Assembly (NCBI GenBank): GCA_964016885.1
Contig: OZ024758.1
Location: 1,364,001 to 1,428,000, forward strand
DNA: 64,000 nt
Reading direction: 5' to 3'
Origin: Eledone cirrhosa
Lineage: Eukaryota
In this document: positions 27,568-40,320 of the stretch, in pieces
Layout: each line of letters begins with the position of its first letter
Numbering within the stretch: the stretch's first letter is position 1
Made by a program: the position numbers and the translations under genes
Notes under the pieces: generated by a model
The model's input: the letters and a program-made list of their open reading frames with translations, nothing else
What the model was told of the DNA's origin: nothing
The model's database searches: none

Positions 27568-27822
27568 AGTGCATACATGTATGTATGTATTCATGTATGC
27601 ATTTATGCATTTATGCATTGTGGCGCCGGCCACGAGATTTAATTACCTTCTAGTGAGCTGACCTCAGGATTCTCAGTATTCTATGTTATTTCCCTTCCAT
27701 AGTCTCCAGTAATCCTGTAAGTGACACATACTTCCCCACATATTATTCGTTCACACATCCCTTCTGAATATAGAACAATATTCCCCGAAACAAATATGTA
27801 CAGATGTGCATACAAAACTCAG

Positions 27823-27900
<78 letters not shown>

Positions 27901-27901
<1 letters not shown>

Positions 27902-28090
27902 ACGGAAGAAATGTGGTAAAGAACCAGGTGGACCATAACGCACCAAAGTACTCAATACTTAGGGTAGTAGAGTGGGTAATAGGAACGAGTAGGCTGAGCT
28001 CAAGCCGTTTCGACGGCTAATTCTGGACTAGTCCAGAATTAGCCGTCAAAACGGCTTGAGCTCAGCCGTCGGGGTCCTACTCGTTCCTAT
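27901..28090 (-). mobile_element. Family-C element: fold-back carrying HHR 3' halves
   Basis: Palindrome 27979-28090 centred on ACTAGT; (G)AAA-CGGCT tgagctc AGCCG-TC-GGGG. The terminus recurs at 34802-34840 and the HHR half at 61895-61945. Confidence 0.65.
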
Positions 28091-28112
28091 ATATATATAT
28101 ATCAAGTTCAAT

Positions 28113-28337
28113 ATTGAAATGGCTTCTACAGGACTAGAACTGTTTCTTTCAAAATCAATCATCATTCCTTGGTGGTTTCCTTTGAATGAAACAGTTCTAG
28201 TCTTGTAGAGTATAGGCACCTTAATATATAGAGAGAAATGACATCACCAAGACTAGAACTGTTCCATTCGCATGAAATCATCAGGAATGTTTTGAAGATT
28301 TCATACGAATGAACCGATTCTAGTCCTCCTGTAGAAT
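28113..28337. mobile_element. Two adjacent degenerate family-A fold-backs (about 28113-28212 and 28247-28337)
   Basis: Each has gactagaactgtt.. and its inverse ..gaatgaa..ttctagtc; TCATCAG at 28278-28284. Confidence 0.6.
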
Positions 28338-28361
28338 ATATATATATATATATACACTCTT

Positions 28362-28441
<80 letters not shown>

Positions 28442-28445
28442 TCTT

Positions 28446-28495
<50 letters not shown>

Positions 28496-28525
28496 AGATC
28501 AAAAGATGGTTAAAGGAGTTCCATG

Positions 28526-28596
28526 TATTTTATTATGCGCATTTCAAAAACAAACATCATCATGCAATAATATTTGTGTTTTCATCAGATAAAACA
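28526..28596 (-). ncRNA. Type-I hammerhead ribozyme (family D, left arm)
   Basis: Exact inverse copy of 28702-28772. Confidence 0.8.
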
Positions 28597-28701
28597 GGAG
28601 AACATGATATGAAGGCTAAAAAACACTTGTGGATAGTGCACTATGTTGATTTAAAACTGCACTATCCACAAGTGTTTTTTAGCCTTCATATCATGTTCTC
28701 C

Positions 28702-28772
28702 TGTTTTATCTGATGAAAACACAAATATTATTGCATGATGATGTTTGTTTTTGAAATGCGCATAATAAAATA
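28702..28772 (+). ncRNA. Type-I hammerhead ribozyme (family D, right arm)
   Basis: TGTTTTAT-CTGATGA-[36-nt stem II, 15 of 16 pairs including G-U]-GAAA-TGCGCA-TA-ATAAAATA; palindromic ATGCGCAT stem III, AUA triplet. Confidence 0.82.
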
Positions 28773-28893
28773 CATGGAACTCCTTTAACCATCTTTTGAT
28801 CTTATATTATGTATACTCCAGTCCTACAAACTGTAGAGTGCTTCTTATCCGATATCTGCATTGCTTTATTGTACTACAATAAAACTCACCTCC

Positions 28894-28940
<47 letters not shown>

Positions 28941-28944
28941 TCTT

Positions 28945-29000
<56 letters not shown>

Positions 29001-29467
29001 CTCCTTCAGGTCGAAACATTTAGAATCTCTCATTCAACATTTTCGAAGTTCTCATTATCTGTTGTAAGCAAGCTAGCCTATTTCTTATATACGCTCATCC
29101 ATGAAATCATGTTTGAGCAGTAGGAAGATATTTTAAGGAGTAAATTAAGAAATCACTGTTGGATGCAGCCATTCTTAGATAATAGTTCCTGAATTTAAAA
29201 ATCGATAGTGAAAACATAAAACTATATTTCCTCACCTCGTTTTTCTTTCTATTTTTATTATCATATTTTCCTCGGTGTATTTTTTATCATTGTTCTCTTT
29301 TCTCATAATCTTGAATACTTTTTTCATTTTCTCATATTTGAAAATTAAGTATTTTTATCGTCTTTAAATGGGATTACTTATGTATGCAATCTAAATACAT
29401 GCATTGGAACATAATAACATGAAGCCAACTAATACATGCGGCTTATACAAGATACACATTATTGTGG

Positions 29468-30031
29468 AATTGGGGATTGGCCGAGTCCGTAGAGCATCGG
29501 ATGATATGCTTTGCGGAATAGAGTTGCGGCCCTTTAACGCACAGGGTAATGCATTGGGATAATTGCTGGCCTTGTGCCCAAAGTAGAAACAATTATTATA
29601 CAGGGAGAGGATTGGCAGAATCGGTAGAACTTCAGACAACATGCTTTGCAGCATAGAGTTATGGACCTTTACATTATGAGTTCAAATCCCGCCAATGTTA
29701 GCTTTCCCTTTCATCCTTGCTGGATCGATAAAATAAAGTACCAGTAATGTACTGGGGTCGATTTCATCGACCTTTTCCCTTCCCCAAATATTGTTGATCT
29801 TGAGCCTAAATCAGAAACCATTATTTCCTTTCTAATTTAAAGGGCGGTGGATTGGCAGTATCGGTAGAGAGTTGGACACCATGCTTTGAAGCATAGAGTT
29901 ACGTCCCTTTATGATCTGAGTTCAAATCCCGCCGAGGTTAACTTTGCCTTTCATCCTTACGGGGTCGATAATATAAAGTACCAGCAAGGTACTAGGTAAT
30001 TGCTGGCCTTGTGCCTAAAATAGAAACAATT
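29468..30031 (+). mobile_element. Cluster of three head-to-tail Meta-type SINEs
   Basis: Copies at about 29468-29596, 29602-29822 and 29841-30031. The last is flanked by ATTATTTCCTTTCTA direct repeats. Confidence 0.85.
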
Positions 30032-30095
30032 ATTTCCTTTCTATTTTACAATGGTTCGTAACCCAGAAATAGCATCAAACAGTTTAAACGAGAAG

Positions 30096-30358
30096 AGGGC
30101 TGCATGAGATATGGCTCATCGTCAGGCGGGCCGCAAGCACTAATTTACATTCGTGCCCACATTAAAAAAAGTGACTTAACTCAGGTTGGTTTCATTTGTT
30201 TCTTCAGAATTCGGACACGTTGTTTTCCTCGATCGTAAAAATGATAGAAAGATAAATTACGACTGAAAAGTTTGGGTAAAAAAATCAGAAAGATTTCACT
30301 TAGGTGACTTAGGCGAGCCATTCAGAAAGCTTCGCGGGCCGCAGGTTGCCCATGACTG
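30096..30358. mobile_element. hAT-like MITE remnant
   Basis: Right end reads CAGTCATGGGCAACCTGCGGCCCGCG on the minus strand, resembling hAT/Charlie MITE termini; the left end is degenerate. Confidence 0.5.
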
Positions 30359-30499
30359 GTTAAAACCATTCTTTTTTTTTTTTTTTTTAACCTTACTCTA
30401 GTTTATACACTTCTATTTTTAATTTACATTGTAATGTTTTATTTTTCAAACAATAATCCTAGTTTGATAATAATCAGTAGTTCGATAGGAACATCATGT

Positions 30500-33400
30500 C
30501 ATTAATATTGACAAAACTTGTTAGTGATTCCCATAGCTTATTAGATGTTGGCCGCATCTCAGAAACTTTAGCCTTCGTATATACGACCTATATAACATCA
30601 CATTGCTTGTAAAGAATTATCATCACTTGGTGGTCTCCATACAACGTTTATTAATTCCTCATTAGATGGAAAGAATATTCTCTCATTTTCAGTGCAAAAT
30701 ATTCTTTTTTGTTCTGCGAACAGATCGTATTTCGTTGCTATTTATAAGAATCTGACAATACGCATCTTTATATAAAATATGTACATTGTCAGGTAGAATA
30801 TAAACTAGTCAACCAGCGTAAAATTAGCTTGTCATACACCAACACAACATAAGGGGGTGCTTCTTGTTACTTCCCTACTATAAAATACAAACGTGGATTT
30901 CGTTGGCATTCGTATGTTTTGGCGTGTATTTATTTTATAACAATGTTTAAAGTTTGATTGAATAAATTCATTCGAGGAATTTTGTTGTAATGTATAGAGT
31001 GTGTTACAATTTAGACTCATGTCCGTACGTGGTCTTCTATTTTCACTAATGTGCTGCTTGTGTATTTTAATCCAATTCGTTTAAATTGAAAATATTATGT
31101 TATAACCTCATTGTGTGGCTATGACGAAAACTAGCGCTGTAAAAAGTTTAATTTTAATATGCCGTGACAATTAATCATGAAATCAAACAAATGTAGGATA
31201 GTAAAACTAAAAAATAATATAATAAAAATAATAATAATAATGATGATAATAACTTCAATATTCACAGAGTTATTGAAGTAGTTCTATGGATTGTATATAG
31301 AGGAATTAAACTGATTTTATTTTTATTTTATTTCTCAAGAACGACTAAACTCTTCGATTCTCAAGACGTTTTATGAGAAAATTAATAAAGTTTAAAATAG
31401 GATTAAATTAAATAAAGCAATCTAAATAGCTGATCTTGCTAAAATTAATTATGTTGATTGGAAACGTGATAATAATGGATATTACACTAAATGCTGTTGA
31501 AAGGCCTTGTACAATCCCAGGGGCCCTTATGTTCCGTAATTTTTCAACAACACGGACCTTAAGGGGTCCCAGAATAGAACAGGGTTCTCAATAGGAGTTT
31601 TAACATTTCAGCTTAATAAGAACGAACAAGTAATTCCTTTTGATATTATATTTCATATAAATATATATTTATATAAAATGTAGTCGAAATATAATTATAT
31701 ACCTCTTGTATATATAATGCATGAACATGTTCCACAGATTTGGGGGAAATATTCAGTGATTGCCAAAGACAAGAACTAAATACAGTTTTAGAGCTAATCC
31801 CACTTAATGCAATTAAATACGAAGAGAGACAAAATCTAAAACAAATAGGAAATACAATGTCTGTACTTTGAATCTAATACCAAATAAAATCAATTCTTTA
31901 ATAATTTATCTTAATGGAACTTATATGAGATTTAAAATTGAAAAAGAATTCTTGGCATTCCGAGATAATTATATTAATTTAAATTTGTTACTGATGTTCT
32001 TATTAATGTTGTTTGTGTTTTTTCTTTCATTCGTTGATAAGAAACTTACATTTAATTTTTCAATTATTAATACTTTAAAAAATGAGACATTTTTTTAAAT
32101 AACAAAAAGGTACAATAATCGTTTTTTAGAAATATTTTATAAGCTAAAGTGAAACGCTTGGAGGCCAATGTGTATCTGGGAAAATAACAAGAGAGAACAT
32201 GGCTTTAAAAAGTAAATATTGTTAACATATTTAAAGAGACATCCTTGATACACATTTTTCCGCAGTAGACACAATGGCTAATCGTTGAGAGATTTGAATA
32301 ACCAATTTCACAAACATGCTCTTTCTTTCGCCTTCCTTTCTTCCTCAATATATTGAGTAATTTTGCTTTAAATGTTCAGCTCACGGATAATTTCCTCCAC
32401 CAAAGACGGTCTATGGAGAACGAAATTTGGAAAGAATTCCATCATCTTCAGCGTTTAATGGCTGATGTGTCAAGCAGATGTATTGAATAAAATCTTCCAC
32501 TTTTTCAGGTTGTCGTTTAATCTTCGTTCATAATATATATGATTAAATACTGTAAAGATGGTTTATGGCAACCTACTTATTGAAGATAGAACAGAGAGTC
32601 TGTCTTCTTCATGAGACCTAAGAATATAATTCTATGTATTAGATTGTCCCTCAGTATGCCCTATACAGTATATATATATGTCTCAGTCCACTAAGCAATG
32701 GGATAGTTATCTGTGGAAAATAGGCAAAACACGTTTGTGTGGTTGCGAATTTCAGTCCACAGTTAATGTGTTCCACCAAGTTGATTGTATTTTTGTATAG
32801 CAAGAAACCCTCATGTCTCAGTCCACTAAGCAATGAGATATATATCTGTGAAAAATATGCAAGACACGTTTGTGTGGTTGCGAATATCAGTCCATAGTTC
32901 CGTTGTTTTAGGCTTGATCATCTTGCGCTATATATTATACAATTGTATTCAACAACAGTACACAGATCAACCATTGCTTCCTCAGTGACGGTCAACACAA
33001 AGTATGTAGTAGACTTTCTCTGTCATATGTTTTATTACCACCATCAACATCTTTAATTTGATTTAAGCGAACACAACTTCATTATGAGTATGTGAGTTCG
33101 ATCTCTGGTATGAAAATATCCATTGCCTTTTCGTCAACCTACTACGGAGAGTTTGAAAAAATTCACAGGCGCTATCCTTTCTTCCTGTGATTGCACCATT
33201 TGAAAAAGAGGCATTGTCTAACTGCAAAGATCTAATTTATATAAATACCGATAAATTAGCCTAAATTTATATAAATCGAATTTATATAAATACCGATAAA
33301 TTAGTCTAAATTATCCTAATTGAAGGCAAAAATGTCAAACATTAATTTGTATACATAAATATAAAACATAACATTTCATATGCAAACATACATACAGAGA

Positions 33401-34130
33401 TGCTTCATATTATATATATATGTCCTGACGTGTGTATATATAAGTGTGTGTATGTGTGTATGTATGTATTTATGTATGTATGTGTATATATATATATGTG
33501 TATGTATATGCGTATATATGTATGTGCGTATATATGCATGTATGTGTGTATGAATGTGTGTATTTATGTATGCACATATGTATAATGTGTGTATGTATAT
33601 GTGTATGTATGTAGCTGTATTAACAGATAATGTCTTCAAAATAATAAAATAACTTACCAACTTTCAGAATTTGATTTCTGTTGATGTATTAAAATAAATT
33701 ATAGATAAATCGAATCGTATTCTGATTTCCTGATTTCGTCTGGTACTCTAATTATTGCTGGGGTTACAAGAGTACTTATTTACATAGGGTGAGATTTTGA
33801 CACAAGGTTTTCACAAGTATATCCAACACAATATTCTTTTTAAGTATTCGAATGATTTCTTAGCATTCCAGAAAATGGTTTATGTTCGATTGTTGCTGTA
33901 CAAAATGTATATATTTTGAATTATAATGTCGTATATATTTTGTCTTCTTGTCATTGCTGCGTAGATATTTTTACATCTTGTCTGCTATTATTATCAAGAA
34001 GTAACTAAAATCAATCAATTACAGGAGAAGGTGTTGTTTTGAAGTGCCAAATATTCATCAATATCTTGAAATGCAGAGGCCAAATTTCGTATTGACGAGA
34101 GTGAAAACTTTTTATCCTCTCTGCTCAAGC
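30500..34130 (-). mobile_element. Heavily decayed Helitron Rep/Pif1-helicase remnant
   Basis: Frameshifted fragments in the expected order: KYIRHYNS, SPYVNKY, LQ..MLFSNG, SACEFF..RL..R, TVFGGGNYP, EKCVS..LFKYVN, AM....FP..HWPPSV, Y..MP, then weaker Pif1-like RT.H..KL, VLVYD and KLWE. Confidence 0.5.
32678..32897. repeat. Diverged direct duplication of about 85 bp (32678-32763 and 32813-32897)
   Basis: ATGTCTCAGTCCACTAAGCAATG...CACGTTTGTGTGGTTGCGAAT.TCAGTCCA occurs twice. Confidence 0.85.
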
Positions 34131-34486
34131 TTCCAAAATTATATACAAAATAAAGCGTAGAACGATATATATATATATATATATATATGCGAACGAAAGC
34201 AATAAGATAAAGGAAGAATTTGCAGCTAATTCAGTGAAGTAGATGCTTCGAGTCACACAAAAGGTCACATACGTTTAAACAACCACTCGCCACTGAATGA
34301 GGAATACATTTAACTATAAACCATCTGTTATTTATTATCATATTATAAATATTATTTTACGACACAATTTTCCATTCCTGTGGATTTCGGTCCTAGCATT
34401 CTCTTACTATTCACGTAGTTTATACATGGGCGTGCCTGTGCACGTAGTTATTCTAACCTTGATTTATAGTACATCTATCTATCTAT

Positions 34487-34655
<169 letters not shown>

Positions 34656-34858
34656 TTGAGACAGTAAACAGAAAACAAAAAAAAACAAAAAAAACGTGGA
34701 AACGAAGAAGCAGTACGAATGTTGATATTAGTTTCACGCTTGAGAGTGGTGGGTGGTGGGTGGTGTATATATATATATATAGAGAGAGAGAGAGGGGGGG
34801 AGTTATGGTCCACCTGGTTTCTTACCACACTTTCTTTGTTATATATATATATATATTA

Positions 34859-35090
34859 ATTTATTAAAATAACAGGTTAAAGTTTAAGCAAAGAATCGCT
34901 GCTTTCACCCTTGACGGGATCTTCTGAGTTTCAGAAGATCCCGTTAAGGGTGAAAGCAGCGATTCTTTGCTTAAACTTTAACCTGTTATTTTAATAAATA
35001 TTCGCTCTAGGGTTCTTATATATTTGATATATATTTATCCTTATCGAGCCCTCTTTGGATTTTAGTCTTCACATTTATTATTATTATTAT
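34859..35090 (+). mobile_element. Family-B HHR element with fold-back and 3' tail
   Basis: Palindrome 34859-34999 (69-bp arms, one mismatch, 3-nt loop). The tail cttatcgagccctctttggattttagtcttcacatttatta recurs inverted at about 53945-53985. Confidence 0.7.
34926..34978 (+). ncRNA. Hammerhead-like fold with variant CAGAAGA core (family B)
   Basis: GAGTTT-CAGAAGA-T CCC gttaa GGG T-GAAA-GCA gcgattctt TGC-TT-AAACTT. Confidence 0.65.
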
Positions 35091-35094
35091 TATT

Positions 35095-35172
<78 letters not shown>

Positions 35173-35326
35173 AGAAAGAGAGAGGGGACAGGAGGAAGTA
35201 TAAGACGAAAGGTGTTATTAAAGGTGAGATGTCTAACAAATATACAGTTTATATTTGAAATACGTTAAGTTTAATGTATGTGGACTGATTCTCCATTGAT
35301 TTCGTCCCACTGTCCCTTAAATTAAC

Positions 35327-35365
<39 letters not shown>

Positions 35366-35520
35366 ATATATAAGTATTTTTTTCTTTGTTTCTCTAAATA
35401 TAGTTTTTAAAGCATTCCCTTTCTTTAAATCCATCAACCAATGACCTCCACCCAACCCAATCACCACCCTCTCCTACCACCAGAGAAGGGATAAATACCA
35501 CCATATTACTTGGACAGCCA

Positions 35521-35544
35521 GCTTCCTGATGATTTCTCCCGAAT
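35521..35544 (+). ncRNA. Family-A HHR 5' half
   Basis: GCTTC-CTGATGA-TTTC tccc GAAT, then diverges. Confidence 0.45.
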
Positions 35545-35797
35545 TCTCTCACCTTTTTCTGTTCTCAAAATGAATATCAAAATCTTATAGATTCAATACA
35601 ATGGGAGATAATTATGTGAGGAGAAGCCTTCACAATGAAAATATAATTGTATATAAAAGGATAAAAAAGGATAAAGATACAATAACTCCTTGTGGAGTCG
35701 TAGAGGCACAGTCATACGGTGTGTCTAGAGCACTTGTTTAATCTGTTGGAGCCCAACCCTCTCCAGGTCTGAACACAGCCAATTTTTTCTATATAGG

Positions 35798-35958
35798 AAG
35801 AATCGACCCCAATGGACTGGTACTTTTTTATCGACTTCGAAAGAATAAAAGATAAAGTTGACCCAGGCAGGATTTGAACTCAGAGCGCGCAATGCGGGGG
35901 GACGAATACCGTAAAGCACTCTATCCGACGTCTTAACGACTCTGCCAATTTGCGGCCT
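35798..35958 (-). mobile_element. Meta-type SINE (diverged)
   Basis: Family core and B-box present. Confidence 0.7.
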
Positions 35959-38415
35959 AATTGTATATATAGAGTAATGTAAATACTAAAGAGTTAATGT
36001 AACGAACTCCAAAGCTGCCAATATTGATTGACATTCATAAAAAGCAACCAGATATTTCATTAGTTATACCAATCCAGTAATATTGTAATATTATACTTTA
36101 ACATGTTAAATTGCCATGGTCTTTATCAGTGCATAACGTTTTTGTTCTAAACATTGGAACTAATAGTAACACCTTCCAAACGGTGCTGTAGACCACGGCT
36201 AATCATTGCGACAATGATGTTAACGATAATAATAATGTATTTGTTCTAATCTCTATCTGTATCATGTATCAACTGCATTACTACTTCACAAAATGTCATT
36301 CTCAGCTGACACTTACATAACATCCTCAACGTGGGAACTGTTTATGCAGAAAGCAACTTTCCCACGAATATAATAACATGTTTGAATAACGAATTTGTTT
36401 ACTTGACAGAAAGTTTGATAAGCAGCTCAAATTGATCTTTAATAGACTCTCCAGTTCTTACACCACAATATTCTAGACAATAAATTCAAGAATTTTGTGA
36501 TCTCCATATTATTTGAAATGACAAATTTATATAAACACATGTTTTAATGTTATTTTCTTAACATATTTAATTTCTTTTCTGGTAACTCCCATCCTCTCAC
36601 ATGTGCGAAAATAAACAGTTTTCAACGGAGAGATGTGACAAAGCGTTACTCGGGGATATATAAAGAGTGTAAGGCTACCAGGTTCGAAATCAGCCTTAAT
36701 TCAACATGATAGAATATAATCCGGAATCCCTAGAAAATAGGGGTTTTCGGGTTTTCTCTCCCATTGAACTAAGCAACAATAATTAGTTCAATGGGATAAA
36801 TAAATGTCTTATCATTTCCTTCCCATGAAGATGAGGGGAATTATGTTTTTTCGCAAAAGGAGATAAACGAGTGGTTTAAACCAATATTTCAGTTCAGTTG
36901 ACAAACAATTATAGACTATCGATTAGTCAACCACACTGAAGTCAACATAACCTTTTATCCCGTTAGATCGATAAATAAACTACTAGTCAAATATTGTGGT
37001 CATTTCTTCTTCCTCTCTCTCTCCCTCTCCCACTCTCTCACCCTCTCTCCCTCTCTCTTACACTCTCAACCACGCTGCTCTCATCCACGCTGAACTAAGA
37101 AAGTCGTGTATGGACACTTCCAGTGTGTGTCTCTTTCCTTCAAGAAACGGAAGACGTTTGAGATACGAGTTTTCATCTTATTCCCCTCTACTAATTTAAA
37201 ACAGCTCAAAACCTCGAAACAAAATGGCGAATATGGAGAGATTGATCCGCTGTACAAGACGGAGAGAAAACATTTAAACAAATTTGGATCAGAGTGATGT
37301 ATGTTATGAACACACAAATGCCTCAGATTTGTTTTCCTTTCCTGAAAATTGCAACATCATATGTGTCAAATGAAAGCCATCATCATCATGATTCTATGAA
37401 TAAGACCGCAATAAGGAGGCAGGAGGGCTGAACTAGAGTCAAGAAAATAACGATCTCATATCTAATGGATTAATGTCGTTACTGTAATGAGACCCAATTG
37501 ATAAGTTAGGAAGCAATGTATTATTGAAATGTTCATATATTTCTCAAAGGAATTATATGTGTAAATAAAATAGTTTCTAAAATATAAACACTTTGCTTTC
37601 TATTAAAACAAATATAACATATGTTGAGATATTTTCTGCTGGTTTATCCGCTCGACCTAGTTCCATGATATTAGTACTGTAAGGAAATATCATTCACCCG
37701 AGCAAACAACGTGGGCATTATATACATAAGTTTTATATTTTGTGATGATTTTCTCCATTTAGTTTTTTGTTTATGGAAAGGGGTGCCACTAAGTTCTAAT
37801 CCTTCTTTGCCGAAAATAAACAAACTATGTTAATTTAGATTGAAGAAGAACAGATTTATTGTTTAATTGTCTAACATATATGCTGTTGTATCATATCTAA
37901 TTTGTATAGGACATGCATATCACTCTGATCCCGTGGGAGTTAGGAATGATTATTGTTTTTGTCATTCTTTAGCTAGCTCTTGGCTTCTGTTAGTGTATTG
38001 GTGGTATTGGATCAATGCAACAACTTATAGCTTCACCAGTCTTCTATTTTCTCTCTAATCTACAATTAACACATCATTGAGAGAAGAACATTGACTGAAG
38101 ATCATTGACAGAAGATGTTGAACAGTTCGAAAATCAAAATGAAGGAGATAATAGAAAATGATATATTGAAAGAAAAACAGCAATAAGGAAAGAGTTTAGA
38201 AGTGAAATTGAAGGAAATATAAATATTGTTTTAAACTACAAAGGTGGAAGCGAACCTAAATATGGAGAAAGAGTGAGTGAATGTGAGTCAGTGGATGCTA
38301 TGGACGTTAGAAATATGTTGCCTAGGATAAGGTGTAGGCTGGCAGGTAAGCAGAAAACTAGTAAGATAGATTGAAATAGTGTGAAAAGGAGAACAACATT
38401 CGGGAGTTCGGTGCT

Positions 38416-38500
38416 TTAACCCTTTAGCATTTAAACCGGCCATATCCGGCCAGAATTCTCTCACTTCTTTCTGTTCAAACCTGCTGTAACTGGCCACTCA
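38416..38500 (+). mobile_element. piggyBac-like MITE end
   Basis: TTAA followed by CCCTTTAGCATTTAAACCGGCCATATCCGGCC; the other end was not found. Confidence 0.4.
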
Positions 38501-38862
38501 TACTAATGTTAAGGTATTGTCCTCAAAATAAATGATATCAAAATTTCATAGATTCGATATTATGTGAGATAAAGCCTTTACCATGAAAATATAATAGTAA
38601 ATATAGAGTAATGTAAATGCTACCACTACCACTACTACAACCACTACTACTACTACTATGACTACACTTGTGCTATTACTAACCAGTCTCCTCCGTGCAC
38701 CAGTGACACTGCCACTGTTCCAGCCCCCTCAAACAACCCCCAAACAATCACTCACCCCACCCTACATAGTACTTGTGACATCACAGGAAGGAAAAGATTC
38801 CTCACTTTTCACCGACTTTTCTCCATCTGTATCGCATATCTCTGTTTTCTCTCACTATGTCT

Positions 38863-38907
<45 letters not shown>

Positions 38908-38992
38908 TCATTCCCTTTCTGCCTCTCTCTATCTTATTTTTCTCCCTCTCTTTCATTTCTCTATCCCTCTCATTTACCCATTCTTTCCTTCC

Positions 38993-39023
<31 letters not shown>

Positions 39024-39452
39024 ATATATATACATATATATATATATATATGTATGTATAAATATATGTCCTCTCATTCAAGTTATATTTAATTAAAACT
39101 TCATGCTTGATATCATTTTATTCAACCTAAAATCATCTGATTACATTTCTTCTTATGTTTTTAGTTTTTATAAATCTATCGTTAGCTTTTAAACTATTTT
39201 TTCTTTTAGATTAATATTTAGTTTGGGTTTTTTTCTCAGTAATTACTTTTTTTTTCCAGTAATAATATTTCGTCGTGAACGACAATCACAGATTGTCCTT
39301 AAAATATAGATTTTATTCTCAATTTAAATATGTATAAGTAGTTTTTTTTAAATATTCCTGCAACGACAGTTAATAACAAAGGGAATTGAAAACTGATAGA
39401 AGTTATGACAAGTAAGAGTTCATTGTGTTTAATCATCATAACACCTCTGATA

Positions 39453-39690
39453 TCTTCTTCTTCTTCTTCTTCTTCGTGGGGGCAGAGTCCACAAAAAAAA
39501 CTCCTTCTAGCGGGTCCTGCCAAAAGCAACGGTCCCCGACTCAGGATCTACCCCTGAGTCTGAGGGAATCTGGAGCAACGTGAAATAAAGTGTCTTGCTC
39601 AAATATACAACGCACCAACCGGTCCGAGACGCGAACTCACAACCTTGCGATTGTAAGCCTAATGCTTTAACCACTAAGCCATGCGCCTTC
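39453..39690 (-). mobile_element. CORE-type SINE with (GAA)n tail
   Basis: A-box TGGCTTAGTGG, B-box-like GAGTTCGCGTC, ttgagcaagacactttatttcacgttgctccag core and a GAA tail. Confidence 0.75.
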
Positions 39691-39691
39691 A

Positions 39692-39822
39692 CATGCAATA
39701 ATTTCAAATTCTTATTAATAACTGCATCGTTTTCTTCCAGGGACTATGTTGAAAAATAAACCTCATTTGGTTATTCCATAAGAGTATTTTGATAATTACA
39801 TGAACTTTTCAGGTGACTCTTG
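39692..39822. mobile_element. Partial mariner-like MITE
   Basis: Matches the right half of 9942-10139. Confidence 0.6.
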
Positions 39823-40254
39823 AAATGTAATCCAAACGTTTCTCTAGCCATTATCAAGATAAGAAAAGGAACGAGGAGTAAAACGAAAGAGATAAAGGAT
39901 TTTGCTGAGTCAGTTCTTTATAATAGGCAAAATTTCTCTATAAAATGTGTGACATTTTTCTAACAGAAACAATTTATTCTAAATGAAAGAATTTTTGATT
40001 TATGTATTCTTGCAAATATGTGCTTTTGAACTTTCACTAAATTTAATACACTGTAACTCTTGCATTTAAAGTTTGTATTTGTATTATATAAATCAACAGA
40101 TACACATACACATGCATACATACATACATACATACATACATACATACATACATACATACATACATACATACATACATACACACACACACATACATACATA
40201 CATACATACATACATACATACATACATACATACATACATACATACATACAATTT

Positions 40255-40320
40255 TGATTTCCAGACTGGGCGATGTATTATCTCCTTCAGCAAGACACTT
40301 TATTTCACGTTGCTCCTTCT
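40255..40320 (+). mobile_element. CORE-type SINE fragment
   Basis: agcaagacactttatttcacgttgctcc. Confidence 0.6.

Larger units (their letters stand above)
28488..28810. repeat. Perfect inverted repeat, 153-bp arms, 17-nt loop (family D)
   Basis: 28488-28640 is the reverse complement of 28658-28810. Confidence 0.97.

Noticed and set aside
32150-32600. WPPS motif as a Tc1/mariner transposase remnant
   Set aside because: Neighbouring motifs fit Helitron Rep better, and no DDE/D spacing or TIRs were found.
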